The notes below the pieces were generated by a model. The model saw only the letters and a list, made by a program, of their open reading frames with translations, searched no databases and had not been told where the DNA came from. Below are positions 11,406 through 23,842 of a DNA stretch of 34,787 bases, piece after piece. The translations under genes were made by a program, and so were the position numbers. This stretch comes from Nitrospirota bacterium (GTDB lineage: Bacteria > Nitrospirota > UBA9217), in assembly GCA_035623825.1 (NCBI GenBank), contig DASPSR010000015.1:1-34787 (forward strand), given 5' to 3'. The number at the start of each line of letters is the position of its first letter. The stretch's first letter is position 1.

Positions 11406-11879
11406 ATGAAACACATAATATCCATTCTGGTGGAAAATAAATTTGGTGTGCTGTCGAGAGTTTCGGGACTTTTCAGTGGGAGAGGATTCAACATAGAGAC
11501 CATATCCGTGGGCCCTACCCTTGACCCCACGATCTCACAAATGACGATCGTGACGACGGGTGACGAGCGCATTCTGGAGCAAATCATCAAACAGCTTAAT
11601 AAGCTGATTGATGTGATCAAAGTGACGGACCTTGCAGAGAAGGAGTATGTCGAGCGCGAAATGTGTCTCATCAAGATCAATGCCCCCACCGAGCACCGGG
11701 CCGAGGCCCTCAGGATTGCTGACATATTTCGAGCCCGCGTAGTCGATTCTACGCAGAAAACCTATACGTTCCAGGTGACTGGAGACGAAAAGAAACTGGA
11801 AGCCTTCATCGAACTCTTGCGGCCGATCGGGATTAAAGAAATCGTGCGCACAGGCAAGGTGGCCATTACGAGGGAATAA
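11406..11879 (+). CDS. ilvN: Acetolactate synthase small regulatory subunit
   Basis: ACT domain [21 protein letters not shown]; [13 protein letters not shown]; RTG at the C-terminus. Confidence 0.97.
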   Translation: MKHIISILVENKFGVLSRVSGLFSGRGFNIETISVGPTLDPTISQMTIVTTGDERILEQIIKQLNKLIDVIKVTDLAEKEYVEREMCLIKINAPTEHRAEALRIADIFRARVVDSTQKTYTFQVTGDEKKLEAFIELLRPIGIKEIVRTGKVAITRE

Positions 11880-11971
11880 GTCGAATCCGATGCATGATAG
11901 TAATGAGGCATCTGTTCTTTGTCTCCCGCATCCCGATATTGAACATCGCGCTGGGATGAAAGGTTGAAGGA

Positions 11972-13664
<1,693 letters not shown>

Positions 13665-13763
13665 CTTTAAGGTTCACATGAATGTCAGAAAAATTCCGTT
13701 GTTACCCCTCTGACCCTTTTATTTGAACGTCGATCTCGGTCATCTGACATGTTTGGATAAAGT

Positions 13764-14408
13764 ATGATAAAAAATTATGGCATACCCGTGGCGGCGGAAG
13801 GATGGCCGTTCATTATCCCTCTGGCTATCGTGACCGCGTTGCTATTCGCATTCGGGTGGAATATCGTCGGCTTCTTGTCGCTGCTGCTCGCGCTCTTCGT
13901 CCTGTTCTTCTTCCGTGACCCGGAGCGCCCGGTGCCGGGAGGCAAGAATGTCGTGGTCTCGCCGGCGGACGGCAAGGTTATCGTGGTCAAGAGCATCTAT
14001 GAGCCCGATTATCTGAAGCGCGATGTGAAGCAGATTAGCATCTTTCTTTCGGTTTTCAACGTTCACGTGAATCGCGCCCCGCGCGGCGGCACGGTGGAGA
14101 CCGTGAAGTACAATCCAGGCAGATTCCACGTTGCCTCGGCCGACAAGGCTTCGCTGGACAACGAGCAGACCGCTATGGTCATTGCGAACGGGAAGGATAA
14201 AATACTCGTTAAGCAGATCGCCGGGCTCATCGCCAGACGAATCGTCTGTTATGCCAAGCCGGGAGACACGCTCGAGACGGGCGAACGCTACGGTCTGATC
14301 AGGTTCGGGTCACGGGTGGACATCTTTCTGCCGATGGATGCCGAACTGAAGGTAAAGGTAGGAGACAGGATAAAGGGTGCGCGGGATGTCATCGGGGTGC
14401 TCAAATGA
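13764..14408 (+). CDS. psd: Phosphatidylserine decarboxylase proenzyme (short type)
   Basis: FFRDPER, SPADG, IFLSVFNVHVNR and self-cleavage motif RFGSR. Confidence 0.95.
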   Translation: MIKNYGIPVAAEGWPFIIPLAIVTALLFAFGWNIVGFLSLLLALFVLFFFRDPERPVPGGKNVVVSPADGKVIVVKSIYEPDYLKRDVKQISIFLSVFNVHVNRAPRGGTVETVKYNPGRFHVASADKASLDNEQTAMVIANGKDKILVKQIAGLIARRIVCYAKPGDTLETGERYGLIRFGSRVDIFLPMDAELKVKVGDRIKGARDVIGVLK

Positions 14409-15154
14409 GAAAAGGGATCTATGTCCTGCCAAATCTCATAACGTTGTCCAGCATGTTTGCTGGCTTCTATTCCGTCGTGGCCTCGCTCAACTCCGACTAT
14501 GAGCGTGCTGCATGGGCCATCATGATCGCGTCTGTCTTTGACGTGCTGGACGGCTGGGTTGCAAGGATAACACACACGGCAACACGGTTCGGCATCGAGA
14601 TGGACTCGCTGGCGGACGTGATATCCTTCGGCGTCGCCCCGGGGGTCCTTGTCTATACGTGGACGCTGTCCTCGTTCGGCAAAATCGGGTGGCTTGGTTC
14701 GTTCTTCCTGGTTGCCTGTGCAGCGCTTAGGCTTGCTCGGTTCAACGTGCAGATGGGAAGCACTGAGAAGAAGCATTTTACTGGGCTTCCAACTCCGGCT
14801 TCGGCACTAGTGATAGCCACTACGGTGCTCGCATACGAAGAGATCATCCACATCCTCGAGCACCTTAAACTGGTGCAGCTGGCGGACGTGGTCGGCAAGG
14901 ACTACTGGATACTGGCACTGACCTTCATCTTGGCTGGGCTCATGGTAAGCAACATCACCTACCACAGCCTGAAGGAGGCCAACCTGAAGGAGCGTCGTCC
15001 TTTTGGGATCCTCGTCGTTATAGCGGCCTTTTTGGCGGTTGTGGCATATCATCCTGAACTCGTCCTGTTCCTGGTTTCCATCTCTTACGTTGCGGTTGGC
15101 ATCCTTGAGGCATTAGTCAAACTGTTCAAGAGGCAGAAACCGGCTGCTGCTTAA
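14405..15154 (+). CDS. pssA: CDP-diacylglycerol--serine O-phosphatidyltransferase
   Basis: CDP-alcohol transferase motif D..DG.VAR......FG...DSLAD; ALRLARFN and FTGLP; ATGA overlap with psd. Confidence 0.95.
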   Translation: MRKGIYVLPNLITLSSMFAGFYSVVASLNSDYERAAWAIMIASVFDVLDGWVARITHTATRFGIEMDSLADVISFGVAPGVLVYTWTLSSFGKIGWLGSFFLVACAALRLARFNVQMGSTEKKHFTGLPTPASALVIATTVLAYEEIIHILEHLKLVQLADVVGKDYWILALTFILAGLMVSNITYHSLKEANLKERRPFGILVVIAAFLAVVAYHPELVLFLVSISYVAVGILEALVKLFKRQKPAAA

Positions 15155-15289
15155 TCCGTCCTGTTCGGAATAACTATTACGACGGTGTTGAGGTGAAAGA
15201 TTAAGAGCTATTGGTCTAAATCCGTTTTCCCGTTATTCAAACCGCAGCATGCGGCCATCATCGACTGCATGTAAGCAGAGGAATTCATA

Positions 15290-16819
15290 ATGAGCGCAAT
15301 CATCAGAATATTCGATACGACACTCCGCGATGGAGAGCAGTCCCCGGGCGCGAGTATGAACGTTGAGGAGAAGATCGTCTTGGCGAAGCAGCTCGCGCGG
15401 CTGGGGGTGGATATTATCGAGGCCGGTTTTGCCATTAGCTCTCCCGGCGATTTCGAGTCCATCAAACGGATCGGCGCCGAGGTGGAGGGACCGGTCATCT
15501 GCAGCCTGGCCCGTGCCCGCAAAGAAGATATCGATCGTGCCTGGGAGGCGCTCAAGGACGCTCAGAAGAAGCGTATCCATACCTTCCACTCGACGTCGGA
15601 CATCCATCTGAAGCATCAATATAGGATCTCGCGCGAGGAGGCGTTGAAACGTTCAGTAGAGATGGTCCGGCACGCACGCTCGTATGTTGATGATGTGGAG
15701 TTCTCTCCCATGGACGCCACGAGGACGGAGATTTCTTACCTTCATGATGTGGTGGAGGCTGTGATCGGGGCCGGTGCAAAGACCGTGAACATCCCGGATA
15801 CGGTTGGGTATGCCACGCCCGATGAGTTCGGTGTCTTGATCAAAGGGATCAGGGACAAAGTTAAGAACATCAACGAGGCTGTTATCTCCGTTCATTGCCA
15901 TAATGACCTGGGGCTCGCCGTAGCGAACGTGCTTGCGGCGATACAGAACGGTGCCGAGCAGGTGGAGTGCACTGTGAACGGCATAGGAGAGCGGGCCGGG
16001 AACTGTTCAATGGAGGAGGTCGTAATGGCGCTCCGAACGAGGAAAGACCTCTTCGGCGCAGACACGAGAATCCACACCGAGGAAATTACGCGAACAAGCA
16101 GGTTGGTGACAAAGATCACCGGCATACCGGTTCAGCCGAACAAGGCTATCGTGGGTGCCAATGCCTTTGCTCACGAATCGGGAATCCATCAGGACGGGCT
16201 GCTTAAAGAGCGGACCACCTACGAAATCATGACTCCCGAATCGATCGGCCTCGTAAAGACAAACTTGGTGCTCGGTAAACATTCCGGCAGGCATGCGTTC
16301 CGTGACCGGCTCAAGAAGATGGGTTATGAACTTTCTGATGACGGACTGGATAAGGCGTTCGAACGATTCAAACGTGTCGCAGATCAGAAGAAGGAGGTAT
16401 TCGACGAGGACCTTGAGGCGATCGTCTCTGATGAGACGCAGCAGATCCAGGAAGTATATGTTCTAAAGCATCTTCGTGCTGAGAGCGGCACGGGCATTAC
16501 ACCAGTGGCGACTGTGGAAATGCAAGTCGGCGGCCGGAGTGTTAAGCAGACAGGAAGTGGCGACGGCCCCGTCGATGCTGTGTACCGGACCATCGCTGGA
16601 ATCACGGGCACCAAGAGCAAGCTCGATGCTTATCTCGTTAAGGGTATAACCGGCGGTACCGATGCGCTCGGTGAAGTGACGGTGAAGGTCGAAGAAGAAG
16701 GCAAGAAGGTCGCGGGCCATGGTGCAGACACGGATATCATAGTAGCGAGCGCCAAGGCCTACGTAAATGCTTTGAACAAGCTGGAGTATTGGAAAAAGGG
16801 AAGGGCAAAAAACAGTTGA
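15290..16819 (+). CDS. leuA: 2-isopropylmalate synthase
   Basis: [39 protein letters not shown] and a C-terminal regulatory domain. Confidence 0.97.
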   Translation: MSAIIRIFDTTLRDGEQSPGASMNVEEKIVLAKQLARLGVDIIEAGFAISSPGDFESIKRIGAEVEGPVICSLARARKEDIDRAWEALKDAQKKRIHTFHSTSDIHLKHQYRISREEALKRSVEMVRHARSYVDDVEFSPMDATRTEISYLHDVVEAVIGAGAKTVNIPDTVGYATPDEFGVLIKGIRDKVKNINEAVISVHCHNDLGLAVANVLAAIQNGAEQVECTVNGIGERAGNCSMEEVVMALRTRKDLFGADTRIHTEEITRTSRLVTKITGIPVQPNKAIVGANAFAHESGIHQDGLLKERTTYEIMTPESIGLVKTNLVLGKHSGRHAFRDRLKKMGYELSDDGLDKAFERFKRVADQKKEVFDEDLEAIVSDETQQIQEVYVLKHLRAESGTGITPVATVEMQVGGRSVKQTGSGDGPVDAVYRTIAGITGTKSKLDAYLVKGITGGTDALGEVTVKVEEEGKKVAGHGADTDIIVASAKAYVNALNKLEYWKKGRAKNS

Positions 16820-16835
16820 AACTAACAGGGGGATA

Positions 16836-18113
16836 TTGTATATTCAAAAACCTATGATGACGGTTACTGAAAAAATACTAGCGGCACACTGCGGCAAAAA
16901 AGAGGTCGTTCCCGGTGAACTGATCAACGCGAAGCTCGATCTGGTACTCGCGAATGATATTACAGCGCCGATCGCAATCAAGGAATTTCGCGCCGGGGGC
17001 GCGAAAAAGGTATTCGATGCCGAGCGGATAGCGCTCATACCCGACCACTTTGCGCCGAACAAGGATATCGCATCCGCCGATCAGTGCAACCTGCTCCGGC
17101 AGTTCTCGCGTGAACACGATCTTTCGCTCTATTTCGAGGTGGGCAGGATGGGCGTGGAGCATGCCCTTCTGCCCGAGCAGGGCCTAGTCGTGCCCGGCGA
17201 TGTTGTGATCGGCGCAGACAGCCATACCTGCACCTACGGCGGCCTGGGTGCGTTCTCGACGGGCGTGGGCAGCACCGATGTGGCCGCTGCAATGATCACT
17301 GGCGAGGCATGGTTCAAGGTGCCTGAAAACATGAAGTTCATTTATAAGGGCAAACTCGGCAAGTGGGTAGGCGGCAAGGATATCATCCTGCGCACCATCG
17401 GCGATATCGGCGTTGACGGTGCGCTCTATCGGGCGATGGAGTTTACCGGCGAAGCGATACGGAAGCTTCCCATGTCTGGTCGATTGACGATCTGTAACAT
17501 GGCGATCGAAGCAGGGGGCAAGAACGGCATCATAGAACCCGATGAGGTTACCGAGAGATATGTGTCCAAACGCGCCCGGCGCAAGTACAAGTTCTACAAG
17601 AGCGATAAAAAGGCGAAATATGTGGACGTCCGCGAGTATGACCTCAGCGGCATGGAGCCGCAGATCGCCTGTCCGCACCTGCCCGAGAATGTGAGACCCG
17701 TGAGTGAGCTGGCAGCAATCAATATCGACCAGTCGGTCGTCGGTTCCTGCACGAACGGCAGGATCGAGGACATACGGGAGGCAGCCAAGGTCATCAAAGG
17801 GCACAAAGTACATCCCTATGTCCGCTTGATCGTTATCCCGGCTACCCAGGCCGTATACAAGCAATCCATCAAAGAAGGCCTCGTCGACGTCTTCATCGAT
17901 GCCGGTGCTGCATTCAGCACTCCGACCTGCGGTCCTTGTCTGGGTGGCCATATGGGTATTCTCGCCGCCGGTGAACGCGCCATCGCCACAACGAACCGGA
18001 ACTTTGTTGGCAGGATGGGCCATCCCACGAGCGAAGTGTATCTGTCTAATCCGGCTATCGCGGCTGCATCTGCAGTGCTTGGAAGAATTGGCAGGCCGGA
18101 AGAGCTGAGATAA
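16836..18113 (+). CDS. leuC: 3-isopropylmalate dehydratase large subunit (type 2); start may instead be ATG 16854
   Basis: [21 protein letters not shown] and [10 protein letters not shown]; leu operon context. Confidence 0.95.
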   Translation: MYIQKPMMTVTEKILAAHCGKKEVVPGELINAKLDLVLANDITAPIAIKEFRAGGAKKVFDAERIALIPDHFAPNKDIASADQCNLLRQFSREHDLSLYFEVGRMGVEHALLPEQGLVVPGDVVIGADSHTCTYGGLGAFSTGVGSTDVAAAMITGEAWFKVPENMKFIYKGKLGKWVGGKDIILRTIGDIGVDGALYRAMEFTGEAIRKLPMSGRLTICNMAIEAGGKNGIIEPDEVTERYVSKRARRKYKFYKSDKKAKYVDVREYDLSGMEPQIACPHLPENVRPVSELAAINIDQSVVGSCTNGRIEDIREAAKVIKGHKVHPYVRLIVIPATQAVYKQSIKEGLVDVFIDAGAAFSTPTCGPCLGGHMGILAAGERAIATTNRNFVGRMGHPTSEVYLSNPAIAAASAVLGRIGRPEELR

Positions 18114-18244
18114 TATATTTTTTCAGTGGGCTCGCAGCGGACACAGGGGAAAAATGAGTTCTTTGACGGAATTACAGGATAGAATAAGATCTTGAGATAT
18201 TAAAGCCGTTAACGCCGCTGTCCAGCCTATTTTGGAGTTTTCAA

Positions 18245-18745
18245 ATGAAATTCAACGGGAATGCATGGAAATTTGGAGCTGATGTCGATACGGACGCAAT
18301 TATCCCTGCGCGCTATCTGAATACGTCGGATCCGAAAGAGCTGGCAAAACATTGCATGGAAGACTCGACCATGCCCGATTTCATGAAGAAGATGAGGCCC
18401 GGCGATATTATCGTTGCCGGAAAGAACTTTGGGTGTGGATCATCGCGCGAACACGCACCGATTGCTATCAAGGCTGCCGGAGTTTCCTGTGTAGTGGCCA
18501 AGAGCTTTGCGAGGATCTTCTACCGGAACTGCTTCAATATGGGACTACCAATCTTCGAGAGCGCGGAGGCTGTGGACGGGATCAAAGAAGGCGATCAGAT
18601 CGAAGTGGACGCTGACGCTGGAGTGATTCGAAATCTTACTTCAAGTAAGACATACAAGGTCGCGCCGGTACCGCCCTTCATGCAGGAACTGATCGCGGCC
18701 GGCGGGCTCATGGCATATACGAAGAAAAAGGCGGGACTTCGTTAA
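18245..18745 (+). CDS. leuD: 3-isopropylmalate dehydratase small subunit
   Basis: VDTDAIIPARYL, NFGCGSSREHA and SFARIFYRN. Confidence 0.96.
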   Translation: MKFNGNAWKFGADVDTDAIIPARYLNTSDPKELAKHCMEDSTMPDFMKKMRPGDIIVAGKNFGCGSSREHAPIAIKAAGVSCVVAKSFARIFYRNCFNMGLPIFESAEAVDGIKEGDQIEVDADAGVIRNLTSSKTYKVAPVPPFMQELIAAGGLMAYTKKKAGLR

Positions 18746-18786
18746 CGGCTTGCTTTAAACTGATGATATCGCCCCGATCGGAAATC

Positions 18787-19065
18787 ATGCAACAATCTGA
18801 AAATTCAATCTGTGAAACCTGCGTGTACTTCAGCCGAAACTTAGACCTTACGAAACTTCAGCCAGTTGCTTCATCCACACAGCCGGACATCTGCGGTCTC
18901 GGCTGCATTCCCGGAGACGATGATTGTAACGAGATGCGGACGAGCAATTGCAGAGCGAGAAAAAAAGAGTCATGTAACTTACCAAATCGGCATTACGAGG
19001 AGCGTAACAACGAAGCCAATCTTGGTTTATTAAAAAGCGAGGTTGCCTCCCTTCGGCCGGTATAG
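18787..19065 (+). CDS. Small Cys-rich hypothetical protein (7 Cys; CxxC, CxxxC); start 18763 or 18787
   Basis: Co-oriented ORF filling the leuD-leuB gap, with motifs CETC, CGLGC, DCNE and NCRA. Confidence 0.55.
   Translation: MQQSENSICETCVYFSRNLDLTKLQPVASSTQPDICGLGCIPGDDDCNEMRTSNCRARKKESCNLPNRHYEERNNEANLGLLKSEVASLRPV
18988..19060. repeat. Degenerate palindromic repeat (REP/RPE-like) remnant
   Basis: CGGCATTACGAGGAGCGTAACAACGAAGCCAATCT...GAGGTTGCCTCCCTTCG resembles the GTCATTGCGAGGAGCGAAGCGACGAAGCAATC...GAGATTGCTTCG palindromic repeat type as I recall it. Single copy in this window. Confidence 0.5.
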
Positions 19066-19109
19066 CAGATTGAAAAATATAGCACATTTGAGGAAGGGAC
19101 AGTACATAG

Positions 19110-20186
19110 ATGGCAAAAACCTACAAGATCGCAACAATCCCCGGTGACGGCACTGGCCCTGAGGTGGTAAGGGAAGGGATCAAAGTCCTGAGCGCTGCAG
19201 CGTCCAAGGGTGGGGTCAAGCTCGAGTTCACCGAGTTTGATTTCGGCGGCACACGCTATATAAAGACCGGTGAGACCCTTCCGGACAGCGCTATCGAGGA
19301 GTTCAAAAAGTTCGACGCCATGTTTCTTGGAGCCATCGGGCATCCAGATGTTAAACCCGGCATTCTCGAACAGGGAATTCTTCTCAAGATACGCTTTGCC
19401 CTTGACCAGTATATCAATCTTCGGCCCGTGAAACTCTATCCTAACGTGGAGACCCCGCTCAGAGACAAGGGCCCCGAGCACATTGATTTCGTGGTCATCC
19501 GAGAGAACACGGGCGGCATCTACACAGGACATGGCGGGGTGACCCGTGCGGGTACGACTGATGAGATCGCCACGCAGTTGATGGTGTATGACCGCCGCAC
19601 GGTTGACCGGTGCTTGAAATACGCTTTCGAGCTGAAGAAGAAGCGCAACGCGAAAGACAAGAAGTACGCTGCAAAACCGATCACGCTGATCCACAAGCGG
19701 AACGTGCTGACTCATTGCGGCGATCTTTGGTATCGAGCCTTCGAGGAGATGGGCGTAAAGCAGTACCCTGAGATCAAGCGCGACTACAACCACGTTGACG
19801 CTGCGAACATGTGGTTCGTGAAGAACCCCGAATGGTTCGACGTGGCCGTCACAGAAAACCTTTTCGGCGACATCATCACCGACCTCGGCGCCATGATTCA
19901 GGGCGGACTCGGGGTAGCGTCCGGCGGGAATATCAACCCCGAGGGTGTTTCGATGTTCGAGCCAATGGGCGGCAGCGCGCCAAAGTATGCGCGCATGAAC
20001 GTGATTAATCCGATGGCGGCGATCGGCGCAGCGATGATGATGCTTGACTTCCTCGGCGAAGCAAAGGCGGCGCAGGCAATCGAGGCGGCCATGATCGCTT
20101 CCATGAAGAAGATGAAGAGTCAGGCTGCAGGGCAGATGGGCTACTCGACCACCGATGTGGGAGACATGGTGGCCGGGCTGGTTTAG
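19110..20186 (+). CDS. leuB: 3-isopropylmalate dehydrogenase (type 2)
   Basis: [28 protein letters not shown] and FEPMGGSAP; leu operon context. Confidence 0.93.
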   Translation: MAKTYKIATIPGDGTGPEVVREGIKVLSAAASKGGVKLEFTEFDFGGTRYIKTGETLPDSAIEEFKKFDAMFLGAIGHPDVKPGILEQGILLKIRFALDQYINLRPVKLYPNVETPLRDKGPEHIDFVVIRENTGGIYTGHGGVTRAGTTDEIATQLMVYDRRTVDRCLKYAFELKKKRNAKDKKYAAKPITLIHKRNVLTHCGDLWYRAFEEMGVKQYPEIKRDYNHVDAANMWFVKNPEWFDVAVTENLFGDIITDLGAMIQGGLGVASGGNINPEGVSMFEPMGGSAPKYARMNVINPMAAIGAAMMMLDFLGEAKAAQAIEAAMIASMKKMKSQAAGQMGYSTTDVGDMVAGLV

Positions 20187-20230
20187 CTCGTCAATTTGCA
20201 GAGAACAAAAGAGAGGAAGGACCAAAGAGG

Positions 20231-21343
20231 ATGATGCGCGTAGGTTTTGTAGGCTGGCGTGGCATGGTGGGCTCGGTGCTCGCAGGCCGCATGAAGGAAG
20301 AGAAGGATTTCAACCTCATCGAGCCTGTGTTCTTCACGACATCGAACGTAGGCGGCAGAGGGCCGGATATCGGCAAGGACGTCCCAGCGCTCAAAGATGC
20401 GAACAACGTCGATGAGCTCAAGAAGATGGATATCATCCTCACCTGCCAAGGCGGGGAATACACGACCGAAGTGTATCCCAAACTGCGCGAGGCGGGGTGG
20501 AAAGGATATTGGATTGATGCGGCGTCCACGCTGCGCATGACGGATGATTCCATCATCGTTCTCGATCCGGTTAACCTCAGGGTTATCAAGGAAAGCTTGG
20601 CAAAAGGGATCAAGAACTTCATAGGCGGGAACTGCACGGTGTCGCTCATGCTCATGGCACTGGGCGGGTTATACGAACTCGGATTGGTGGAATGGATGAG
20701 CGCTATGACTTATCAGGCCGCATCCGGCGCAGGCGCGAACAACATGCGCGAATTGCTCAAACAGATGGGATCAGCCCACGGTTCTGCGAAGAGCCTGCTG
20801 GACGACCCATCATCGGCTATCCTGGAAATCGACCGCACAGTGTCCGAGCATGTGCGCTCAAATGCCTTTCCCAAGGAGTACTTCGGTGCGCCCCTTGCCT
20901 GCTCGCTCATTCCCTGGATCGACAAGGAGCTCGAGAACGGTCAGAGCCGCGAGGAGTGGAAGGGCCAGGCGGAAACGAATAAAATTATCGGCCGCCAGGA
21001 AAACCCCATACCCATCGACGGCACCTGTGTCCGCATCGGCGCCATGCGCTGCCACAGCCAGGCGCTGACGATCAAGATGACCAAGGACGTTCCGGTCGAC
21101 GAGATCATCGACATAGTATCCAGGCACAACAAGTGGGTAAAGGTGGTGCCGAACCGGCGGGAGATCACGATGAAGGAACTCACACCGGCTGCGGTCACCG
21201 GCACGCTTACGGTGCCGGTGGGCCGTTTGCGTAAAATGAACATGGGCCCGACGTTTCTCAACGCATTCACCTGTGGTGACCAACTTCTGTGGGGCGCGGC
21301 AGAGCCGCTCCGCAGGGTGCTCAGAATTGTTGTGGAGAAGTAA
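20231..21343 (+). CDS. asd: Aspartate-semialdehyde dehydrogenase (long, gammaproteobacterial-type)
   Basis: [15 protein letters not shown], catalytic [21 protein letters not shown] and [11 protein letters not shown]. Confidence 0.97.
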   Translation: MMRVGFVGWRGMVGSVLAGRMKEEKDFNLIEPVFFTTSNVGGRGPDIGKDVPALKDANNVDELKKMDIILTCQGGEYTTEVYPKLREAGWKGYWIDAASTLRMTDDSIIVLDPVNLRVIKESLAKGIKNFIGGNCTVSLMLMALGGLYELGLVEWMSAMTYQAASGAGANNMRELLKQMGSAHGSAKSLLDDPSSAILEIDRTVSEHVRSNAFPKEYFGAPLACSLIPWIDKELENGQSREEWKGQAETNKIIGRQENPIPIDGTCVRIGAMRCHSQALTIKMTKDVPVDEIIDIVSRHNKWVKVVPNRREITMKELTPAAVTGTLTVPVGRLRKMNMGPTFLNAFTCGDQLLWGAAEPLRRVLRIVVEK

Positions 21344-21366
21344 GGTCGAGGCGTTCAAGCACTTGA

Positions 21367-21450
21367 ACCGCGAAGACTCGACGGACGCGAGGTTTATGAG
21401 GGTTAAAACGAGGCTTTCCCCCTTTTTTGTGTCCTTAGCGCCTTCGCGGT
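21367..21450. repeat. Intergenic element with 9-bp terminal inverted repeats
   Basis: ACCGCGAAG (21367-75) and CTTCGCGGT (21442-50), with degenerate internal echoes GACGCGAGG and CCTTAGCGCC. Confidence 0.55.
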
Positions 21451-21470
21451 AATTTATTCATCGTATTCGA

Positions 21471-22484
21471 ATGCTTAATAAAAAAAATGCATATGTGGTT
21501 GCTGTGGCAGGCGCCACCGGCGCCGCGGGCAGAGAGATGGTCGAGGTCCTCGAGGAGAGAGATTTCCCCGTTGCCGAACTCGTGCTACTTGCCTCTGAGC
21601 GCTCGGAAGGAGAGCGGCTTGAGTTTAAAGGAAAGAACAGGCCGGTCAAGCGCCTGACCAAGGATTCATTCAAGGGTGTGGACATCGCGTTCTTCTTCGC
21701 TGGCGCGGACCGGGGTCTTGAGTTCGTCCCCGCAGGCGTTCAGTCCGGCGCCGTCGTGATCGACAATTCCAGTGCATTCCACATGGACCCGAAAGTCCCG
21801 TTGGTTGTGCCCGAGGTGAACCCTCATGCTATCGCCAGACACAGCGGCATCATTGCCAACCCGAATTGCGCCACCATCGGCATGGTGGTGGCGTTGAAGC
21901 CTATCCACGATGAAGCCAGGATTAAGCGCATCGTGGTCACTACGTTCCAGTCAGTATCCGGCACCGGCAAGAAGGCGATGGACGAACTGGCCCAGCAGAC
22001 GGTGTCTCTCCTGAACTTCAGGGATGTTGCAATCAACGTCTATCCTCATCAGATTGCGTTCAACTGCTTGCCGCATATCGACGCCTTCCTCGACAACGGC
22101 TATACCGGGGAAGAGATGAAGATGGCGAACGAGACGAAGAAGATAATGGAAGACGATTCAATCCGCGTGACGGCGACGACGGTCAGGGTCCCGGTTTTCC
22201 GGTGCCATTCGGAGTCGGTGAACATCGAGACTGATAAGAAAATATCGGCCAATGACGTGAGGGCGATTCTTTCGACAGCGCCGGGCGTCATGGTGTATGA
22301 TGATCCGAAGAAGAACATCTATCCGCTCGCAATCGACACTGCGGGAAAAGACGAAGTCTATGTTGGCAGGATTCGGGAAGACGATTCCATCCCGAACGGC
22401 ATCAACCTCTGGCTCGTGTCCGACAATCTGCGCAAAGGCGCCGCGCTGAACGCCGTGCAAATAGCCGAGTACCTGATCCGGTAA
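21471..22484 (+). CDS. asd: Second aspartate-semialdehyde dehydrogenase family protein (short type/Usg-like)
   Basis: AGATGAAG, IDNSSAF, ANPNCAT, QSVSGTG, RVPV..CHSE and DNLRKGAALNAVQIAE. Confidence 0.9.
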   Translation: MLNKKNAYVVAVAGATGAAGREMVEVLEERDFPVAELVLLASERSEGERLEFKGKNRPVKRLTKDSFKGVDIAFFFAGADRGLEFVPAGVQSGAVVIDNSSAFHMDPKVPLVVPEVNPHAIARHSGIIANPNCATIGMVVALKPIHDEARIKRIVVTTFQSVSGTGKKAMDELAQQTVSLLNFRDVAINVYPHQIAFNCLPHIDAFLDNGYTGEEMKMANETKKIMEDDSIRVTATTVRVPVFRCHSESVNIETDKKISANDVRAILSTAPGVMVYDDPKKNIYPLAIDTAGKDEVYVGRIREDDSIPNGINLWLVSDNLRKGAALNAVQIAEYLIR

Positions 22485-22550
22485 TATGTATATGTGCCCT
22501 CGTCGCTAGTTGTTATCCCTGTTTCTTTGGCGATGCTCTTATAAGACTCA

Positions 22551-23387
22551 ATGTATAAACTTTTTTCCAAGATATTCGACAGGATTGAACGGGGACTGAG
22601 CCCGAGGGACAAGACGATTCTCGTCTCTCTCATGTTGATCATCTCGGCCCTGGGCATCATCCTCGCTGTCCGGTATTACAACTACATCCAGAAGAACCCC
22701 GAGTTCTGCAATAGCTGTCATCTGATGGATGAAGCGTATATCGCGTGGAAGCTGAGCGGGCATCGTAATATCGTGTGCCAGGAATGCCACCAGCTCGGCA
22801 TGATCGAACAGAACCGGCTTCTGGTAAAGTTCGTATTTACGACAAACCGGAAGACGCCTGAACCGCATGGGAACGAAACGCCGTGGAAGACGTGCATGAA
22901 GTGCCACTGGGACGAGGCTGCTCAGGGATCGCTGACAGTGAACAAATCAACGGGCCACGCGCGACACGTGTTCATGGAGAAGCTCGCATGTAAGGACTGC
23001 CACAGCAGGACCGTGCACTCCTTCAGGCCGGAAAAGGAAGCCTGTCTCCGCTGTCACAAGGACTGGAAAATTCACGGGATAGGGATGGAAGAGATCTCCT
23101 GCCTCAGATGCCATACCTTCTCCCCGAAGAAGCCAGAACCCTTCATCCCAGACCGTGACCGATGCCTCACCTGCCATCGAAAATCGCGGAAGACGAGCTT
23201 TCCTGACAGGGTCCCCATGGCACGGCTGAATTGCTATGAATGCCACAAGCCTCATGCCCGCATCAAACCGAACGATGATGATTGCCTCCGCTGTCATACA
23301 CGGGAAGTGCTGTTGCGGAGACCCATCCATCGGTCAGCCAACCACTGCAAGATCTGCCATGTGCCCCATCGATGGACAGCCCGCTGA
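22551..23387 (+). CDS. Membrane-anchored decaheme cytochrome c with a NapC/NirT/NrfH-like N-terminus
   Basis: One N-terminal TM helix; 10 CxxCH motifs counted; the first is CNSCHLM followed by AY..W..SGH. Confidence 0.9.
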   Translation: MYKLFSKIFDRIERGLSPRDKTILVSLMLIISALGIILAVRYYNYIQKNPEFCNSCHLMDEAYIAWKLSGHRNIVCQECHQLGMIEQNRLLVKFVFTTNRKTPEPHGNETPWKTCMKCHWDEAAQGSLTVNKSTGHARHVFMEKLACKDCHSRTVHSFRPEKEACLRCHKDWKIHGIGMEEISCLRCHTFSPKKPEPFIPDRDRCLTCHRKSRKTSFPDRVPMARLNCYECHKPHARIKPNDDDCLRCHTREVLLRRPIHRSANHCKICHVPHRWTAR

Positions 23388-23456
23388 TGCCTAGTGCCAG
23401 GAAACAATAGCGCCGGATATGTGACGCACATCTTTTCCCGCGCCCAGACAGTTCCT

Positions 23457-23662
23457 TCAGCTTGACTCCAACAGGTCCTGCAATTCATCCAAGCGGCTCA
23501 TCAAACTCGGATTCGCGTCCTTGCCGGATCCTCCTGGAGCGAGAGATATCCCTTGTGATTCTGACAGCACTGTCTGTTGAGATCTGAATGATGCGAGACA
23601 TCGCTGATGGACAGATTGTTCTCATTTGATAACATCCGCACTTTTTCGGCAAATGATTTCAT
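23457..23662 (-). pseudogene. Probable frameshifted XRE-family HTH gene remnant
   Basis: MKSFAEKVRMLSNENNLSISDVSHHSDLNR resembles XRE helices 1-3. A shifted frame continues TVLS...NPSLMSRLDELQDLL-stop, like XRE helix 4. Confidence 0.4.
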
Positions 23663-23842
23663 ATCGGACCACATATACCCTGCTTTTTTTAACATTTAAA
23701 CAAAAAGTTGCAAATAATTTGTTGCTGTAGTGCTTAAAAATGCAAATATATGTGCTATATTAATAATTGTAATTTTAGATTAATCCTATTTCTGCGCCCG
23801 TGAAGAAGATATATGGTAATGTCCAACAAGTGGAGGAAGGCC

